A stretch of DNA of 58,007 nt, counting the filler, from Stramenopiles sp. TOSAG23-3 (lineage: Eukaryota): the NCBI GenBank assembly GCA_900128585.1. It is 6 parts of 6 records of this genome, joined end to end, with 100 filler letters (N's around TTAATTAATTAA, not from the genome) between each part and the next. Parts side by side here need not be neighbours in the genome. Positions count along the whole stretch, not along the records: positions 54,143 to 56,025 come from LT645288.1; positions 56,126 to 58,007 come from LT645289.1; 4 more parts are not named here. One strand, written 5' to 3'. A program made the position numbers and the translations under genes. Position 1 is the first letter of the stretch. Every line of letters begins with the position of its first letter. This document shows, one piece after another, positions 54,145-58,007 of the stretch. Below the pieces are notes generated by a model. The model saw only the letters and a program-made list of their open reading frames with translations. It was not told the origin of the DNA and did no database searches.

Positions 54145-54918
54145 GAGTATACGGACAATGTAGGGCGCCGCTGCTTGGTTCTTGAGCATGCGGACGGGGG
54201 CAGTATGACGGAGTGGATTGCGAAAAACGGAGGGTTCGAAGAAGCTCTGTCTCGTGTCTTCATCGCCCAGATAGTCATTGGGCTTCAGTTTTTGCATTTA
54301 AAAGGCATAGCGCACCGTGACTTGAAGCCTGATAACTTGCTGATGAAGGGCAGCAAGGGGGTGCTTATCGCTGACTTTGGTCTTGCGGTAGATAAAGTAA
54401 ATGCGCACAAGGGGGCGCCAGGATCGAGCGCGTGCGGCTCCCTGGAGTACATGCCCCCAGAAGTAGCAAGGGGCTGCGAACACGGGTACTCCGTAGACTG
54501 CTGGAGCCTTGGAGTTTTAGTTTACGAGATGCTGATGGGTGAAAAACTCTTTTCTGGTAATTCGAATGTCTTGACTCCAGTGCAGCTGTTAGTCAAAGTG
54601 CAGCGAGGCGAGTACTCTCTGCGCAGCGCAAAGACACGGCTATCTAAAAGCGCAATTGACATGCTGTGCCACCTGCTGCAAAGCGACCCACTGAATCGCC
54701 TCTCGGCTCAAGGACTTGAAAATGCCGCTTTTTTCCATGGCATTAGTTTTTCTTCGCTCCGCAAATCTGGGACTCCTGAAGACGAAATTTCCGAGGAAAA
54801 CACTTTTGAAGAGGTTGAATTGACTGCTAAAGCTAATATTTACGAGTACAACATCTATCAGACCCCCGCGACGGTGGATGACGATGATGAGGAAACAGAG
54901 GGGCCCATATCGTTTTGA
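54145..54918 (+). CDS. Ser/Thr kinase (AGC-like), 5'-truncated
   Basis: LEHADGG, HRDLKPDNLL, DFG, CGSLEYMPPE, VDCWSLG. Confidence 0.9.
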   Translation, partial: EYTDNVGRRCLVLEHADGGSMTEWIAKNGGFEEALSRVFIAQIVIGLQFLHLKGIAHRDLKPDNLLMKGSKGVLIADFGLAVDKVNAHKGAPGSSACGSLEYMPPEVARGCEHGYSVDCWSLGVLVYEMLMGEKLFSGNSNVLTPVQLLVKVQRGEYSLRSAKTRLSKSAIDMLCHLLQSDPLNRLSAQGLENAAFFHGISFSSLRKSGTPEDEISEENTFEEVELTAKANIYEYNIYQTPATVDDDDEETEGPISF

Positions 54919-55275
54919 GCGTTTCGTTTCGCAGCCTGGGGATCACATGTTTTGATGAAGTGCCTTTGCGTGAGTGTGAAAGAATTCGTTTTTTTAAAGA
55001 GAGGGGAAGAGGAAAATTATTTGTTCCAGAGGTAGTTTAGTTTGTCTGGAAAAGAGAGGTAAATATTAAAAAGTAATCTTTGTTTCAAGAGTTCGTAAAA
55101 ATTTGTGAGGTGTGAGGATTACGATTAAAAAATGATTTTACGACTCTCTACCAAAGAAATTAAATCAAAATTATGGCTGTGAATTTATTAGAAAAGTAAC
55201 AAATTAAAAATTATCTAACCGAGTAAAGTTATTATACCCCACAAGAAGAAATTAAAAAACAACTCTTGTCGAACC

Positions 55276-56025
55276 TCAAAACTCATAAGACCACCATTGC
55301 TGTTCATATCGGTTTTGTCCCGGCGTAATGTTTGCATTCTTGTTTTGTCGTTTGGTCTCTTTGGTTTTCGAGATCAGTTCTGACTTATAAAATATTTGTT
55401 GATCCTGTCGTATCGAAAACCATTGCGTCAGGTTCGACGGATCAAAATCGGGTACCCACATCACACTACGCAAAGTATCATTTATATTTTTCTCGTACAG
55501 TTTCTTAAAATTGATTTGATCAAACCATGAAACGTTTTGGACATCGCTAACACTTTGAGACCCTAAGCGCGTGGATGGATTTGTATTAAGAAGTCTCTCC
55601 AATAACAGTTTCGCTGCTTTTCCTGGAACTTGTGACGTCTGCTCTTTTGAAAATCCTATCAATATCCGTGCAAAGACGTCTTTATTGGTGCATTCCCCTG
55701 TGCTTGAAAAGGGGGTATGCCCGACTAACATTTCATAAATTAGAATTCCAAAATGCCACAGGTCCGTGCAACAGTCCTGGCCCATTCCAAAAATCTGTTC
55801 TGGTGCCATGTATTCCACAGTTCCAAAAATTGTTTTCGTTTTCGTGTTCCCTGCTAGTTTCTTCGCGAACTGAAAATTTGAGATTTTCACAAACCCGTAC
55901 TTGTCTATCAGCAAATTTTCAGGACATATGCTCCGGCAAAGTATGTTTCGAAGCCGAAGGTCTCCCATGGCGAGCAATATGCATCCTGCGTATATTGTTG
56001 CCAGTGATGGATTCAATCGATTCAT
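55276..56025 (-). CDS. PKA/PKG-like kinase domain with degenerate catalytic motifs, probably 5'-truncated
   Basis: CRSICPENLLID..GFVKISNFQFAKK, FGTVEYMAPE, DLWHFGILIYEMLVGHTPF, RLG. Confidence 0.85.
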   Translation of the reverse strand: MNRLNPSLATIYAGCILLAMGDLRLRNILCRSICPENLLIDKYGFVKISNFQFAKKLAGNTKTKTIFGTVEYMAPEQIFGMGQDCCTDLWHFGILIYEMLVGHTPFSSTGECTNKDVFARILIGFSKEQTSQVPGKAAKLLLERLLNTNPSTRLGSQSVSDVQNVSWFDQINFKKLYEKNINDTLRSVMWVPDFDPSNLTQWFSIRQDQQIFYKSELISKTKETKRQNKNANITPGQNRYEQQWWSYEF

Positions 56026-56125
56026 NNNNNNNNNNNNNNNNNNNNNNNNNNNNNNNNNNNNNNNNNNNNTTAATTAATTAANNNNNNNNNNNNNNNNNNN
56101 NNNNNNNNNNNNNNNNNNNNNNNNN
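56026..56125. other. Artificial contig spacer
   Basis: 44N-TTAATTAATTAA-44N. Confidence 0.97.
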
Positions 56126-56337
56126 TATACATAAAATGTAATATATGATTACCTTTTTTCGTGTAATAACAATTAATAGTATTGATACTTCTTTGGATTG
56201 TTATATACATGTATATATATTCCTGGGAAGTTTTGTTGGAATTTATTCCGGGCTGACTCGTAGTCGTCTACTCCTGGCCTCCGATAAAATACGGTGGCGC
56301 TATTAAGTCCGTCGAGGGTCTTTATTCTAAACGAGCA

Positions 56338-57921
56338 ATGGAGAGAGAGGGCGGCGTAAACATCGAGTCTCACGAAGATTTGTTGAGGGTGCTTAGCGAT
56401 AAAACATACTCCCCTCCAAGTGATAACATTGAATGTCATGAAGATTTGCTTGCGGTACTTGCTCATCCGAAGCACTCGACGCCTAATGTCAACCTGCAAA
56501 GCATCCTGGGTTACGACTCAATATATGTTGAGATGCTCGCAATGTTCCGTGAAATAGAAGATAAATCTAGTCCAAAGCGTAATCCGCACGGAAAAATGAA
56601 AGACATGATGTACGCCCTCCCAAAGGAAAACATGGAATTGCAGCGAAAGGACGAAACTCGCAGCCCCCCAAAGGTACCCGCGAACGACACCAAACGGAAC
56701 TGTGGTGTGGATTTCGAACTGACGATAGAAGAACGAGCGTCCCATTATCAGCAAGAACTCGTGAATTTTGAAGTGCCAGCTTCTCTTGCGCGGAAACCTG
56801 GCCCTGGCAATAAAGCGAACGCAAATGTTGACGGTGGCGACGATGATTCATCGAATCATGATCCCCGTAAAGACCGGGTCGACATTGTATCAAAAGCATA
56901 TGACTTAGATGAACTTGCTACTTTGTTTGGTGAGGATGGTGTTCCTTTAAAGGTCGACATGGATAACGTATGTGTAGATTTAACGTACAACAAAACCAAG
57001 AGTACCTTGAACTTTCGGGGACGTCGATTTGCACGGTCTGAACTAGAATTATTATCAGAAGCAATGCGTATGAACTCTTCTGTCAAAACCCTTGTATTAG
57101 CGTCTTGCGAATTGAATAGCAAAGACGTCCGTATCGTTTCACAGTTTTTGGCAAACAACGCTTCTCTCTCCTGCCTGGATTTAAGCCACAACTACATTAC
57201 CCTAGCCGGGGCGGAGGCTTTGCGCGACGTGCTGGCCAAAAACAGGGCTCTAAAGGCTCTGCTATTGAGCAAAAATTATTTAGGGAATGATGGCTGTAAA
57301 GTTTTGTTGGATATGATGAAAAAAAATGGGGTTGTGTCGGTTTTAACATTAGACTATAATGGCGTGGACAACATCGACCTCTTGCAACGAATCATGGAAT
57401 CTGCAGAAGCTAACACCGTTGGCACTGTTGCCAATGAAAGACGAAACGTCCACGAAGCCTACGAAGACTTAAGGAAAGAGCACCAACGTTTGAAGAAACA
57501 ATTCAAGGACTATAAACGAGTTAGTATGGATACCATGTTGACACCACAAGAAAGACTGAAGGTGATCATGTCTAAACGAAGACCTCGGAGATCAGGAAAA
57601 GGAAACTGGAAAGCTCTGCGCGCAGCCAAACATTTTAGTAATTTCTTTAATCCCCAAAACCAGGCGAAGGGGTTGAAACCAACAAAGAAACGGAGGAAGA
57701 AAAAGAAGAAACCGAAACCAACACAGTCAAAAAAAGGAAACGCGGCACATGTAAAAGAAAGTGGTGGCAGAAAAGGCAAAGCGAGTCTTCATCCAATAAA
57801 AACTAGAAGAATGTCAACTGGTGCTATTGATTTCGCTGCAGCGGCGCTGATGTCACCACCAGGGAATGATGGCCTGGCGTCGTTGCGGAATGCTCTCAGT
57901 CACAAGGATGTACTCAAATGA
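56338..57921 (+). CDS. RI-like LRR protein with coiled coil and lysine-rich tail
   Basis: NSSVKTLVLASCEL, NASLSCLDLSHNYI, NRALKALLLSKNYLG; short N-terminal duplication (NIESHEDLLRVL/NIECHEDLLAVL). Confidence 0.87.
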   Translation: MEREGGVNIESHEDLLRVLSDKTYSPPSDNIECHEDLLAVLAHPKHSTPNVNLQSILGYDSIYVEMLAMFREIEDKSSPKRNPHGKMKDMMYALPKENMELQRKDETRSPPKVPANDTKRNCGVDFELTIEERASHYQQELVNFEVPASLARKPGPGNKANANVDGGDDDSSNHDPRKDRVDIVSKAYDLDELATLFGEDGVPLKVDMDNVCVDLTYNKTKSTLNFRGRRFARSELELLSEAMRMNSSVKTLVLASCELNSKDVRIVSQFLANNASLSCLDLSHNYITLAGAEALRDVLAKNRALKALLLSKNYLGNDGCKVLLDMMKKNGVVSVLTLDYNGVDNIDLLQRIMESAEANTVGTVANERRNVHEAYEDLRKEHQRLKKQFKDYKRVSMDTMLTPQERLKVIMSKRRPRRSGKGNWKALRAAKHFSNFFNPQNQAKGLKPTKKRRKKKKKPKPTQSKKGNAAHVKESGGRKGKASLHPIKTRRMSTGAIDFAAAALMSPPGNDGLASLRNALSHKDVLK

Positions 57922-57927
57922 GCACAT

Positions 57928-58007
57928 ATGACCGATTTACAAGACAGACAACGAGCACCTCAAAAACAATTAAGCCGCTGCTTGGAAGATCGTACAAGGA
58001 TTGATTT
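57928..58007 (+). mobile_element. Subfamily A element, cut by the window end
   Basis: 57950-58007 is the reverse complement of 3153-3210; it starts just after the LRR stop. Confidence 0.8.

Overview
Eukaryotic DNA, not prokaryotic. It has GC-richer, apparently intron-free ORFs separated by very AT-rich spacers with microsatellites, and looks like a microbial eukaryote, most plausibly a stramenopile (inference). The window is not contiguous. Five identical 100-nt spacers (44 N + TTAATTAATTAA + 44 N) join six contigs of 17323, 17271, 17265, 1883, 1883 and 1882 nt in decreasing size order, so adjacency across spacers is meaningless. Recognisable genes: Sel1-repeat protein, PPR protein, DODA/LigB dioxygenase, TMEM209, SLC35A-like transporter, PKD2-like channel, PRP19, DNAJC17/Cwc23, ankyrin protein, peroxisomal crotonase, PhyH-family dioxygenase, two LRR proteins, METTL13/EEF1AKMT4-like methyltransferase, CCCH zinc-finger protein, NEK kinase, partial AGC-like kinases and a large partial methyltransferase. 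Three genes are split by +1 frameshifts. The most interesting signals are non-genic. (1) Families of one-end-anchored, variably truncated elements end in ...TTGTTTT, retain the C-terminal codons of an unknown ORF, and sit almost only just downstream of gene stop codons, often tail-to-tail. (2) A ~680-bp dispersed repeat carries an asymmetric inverted repeat. (3) A palindromic TAGWCGWCTA motif marks most 5' regions. (4) A 1.9-kb virus-like contig holds two divergent orphan ORFs, a palindromic spacer and iteron-like repeats.
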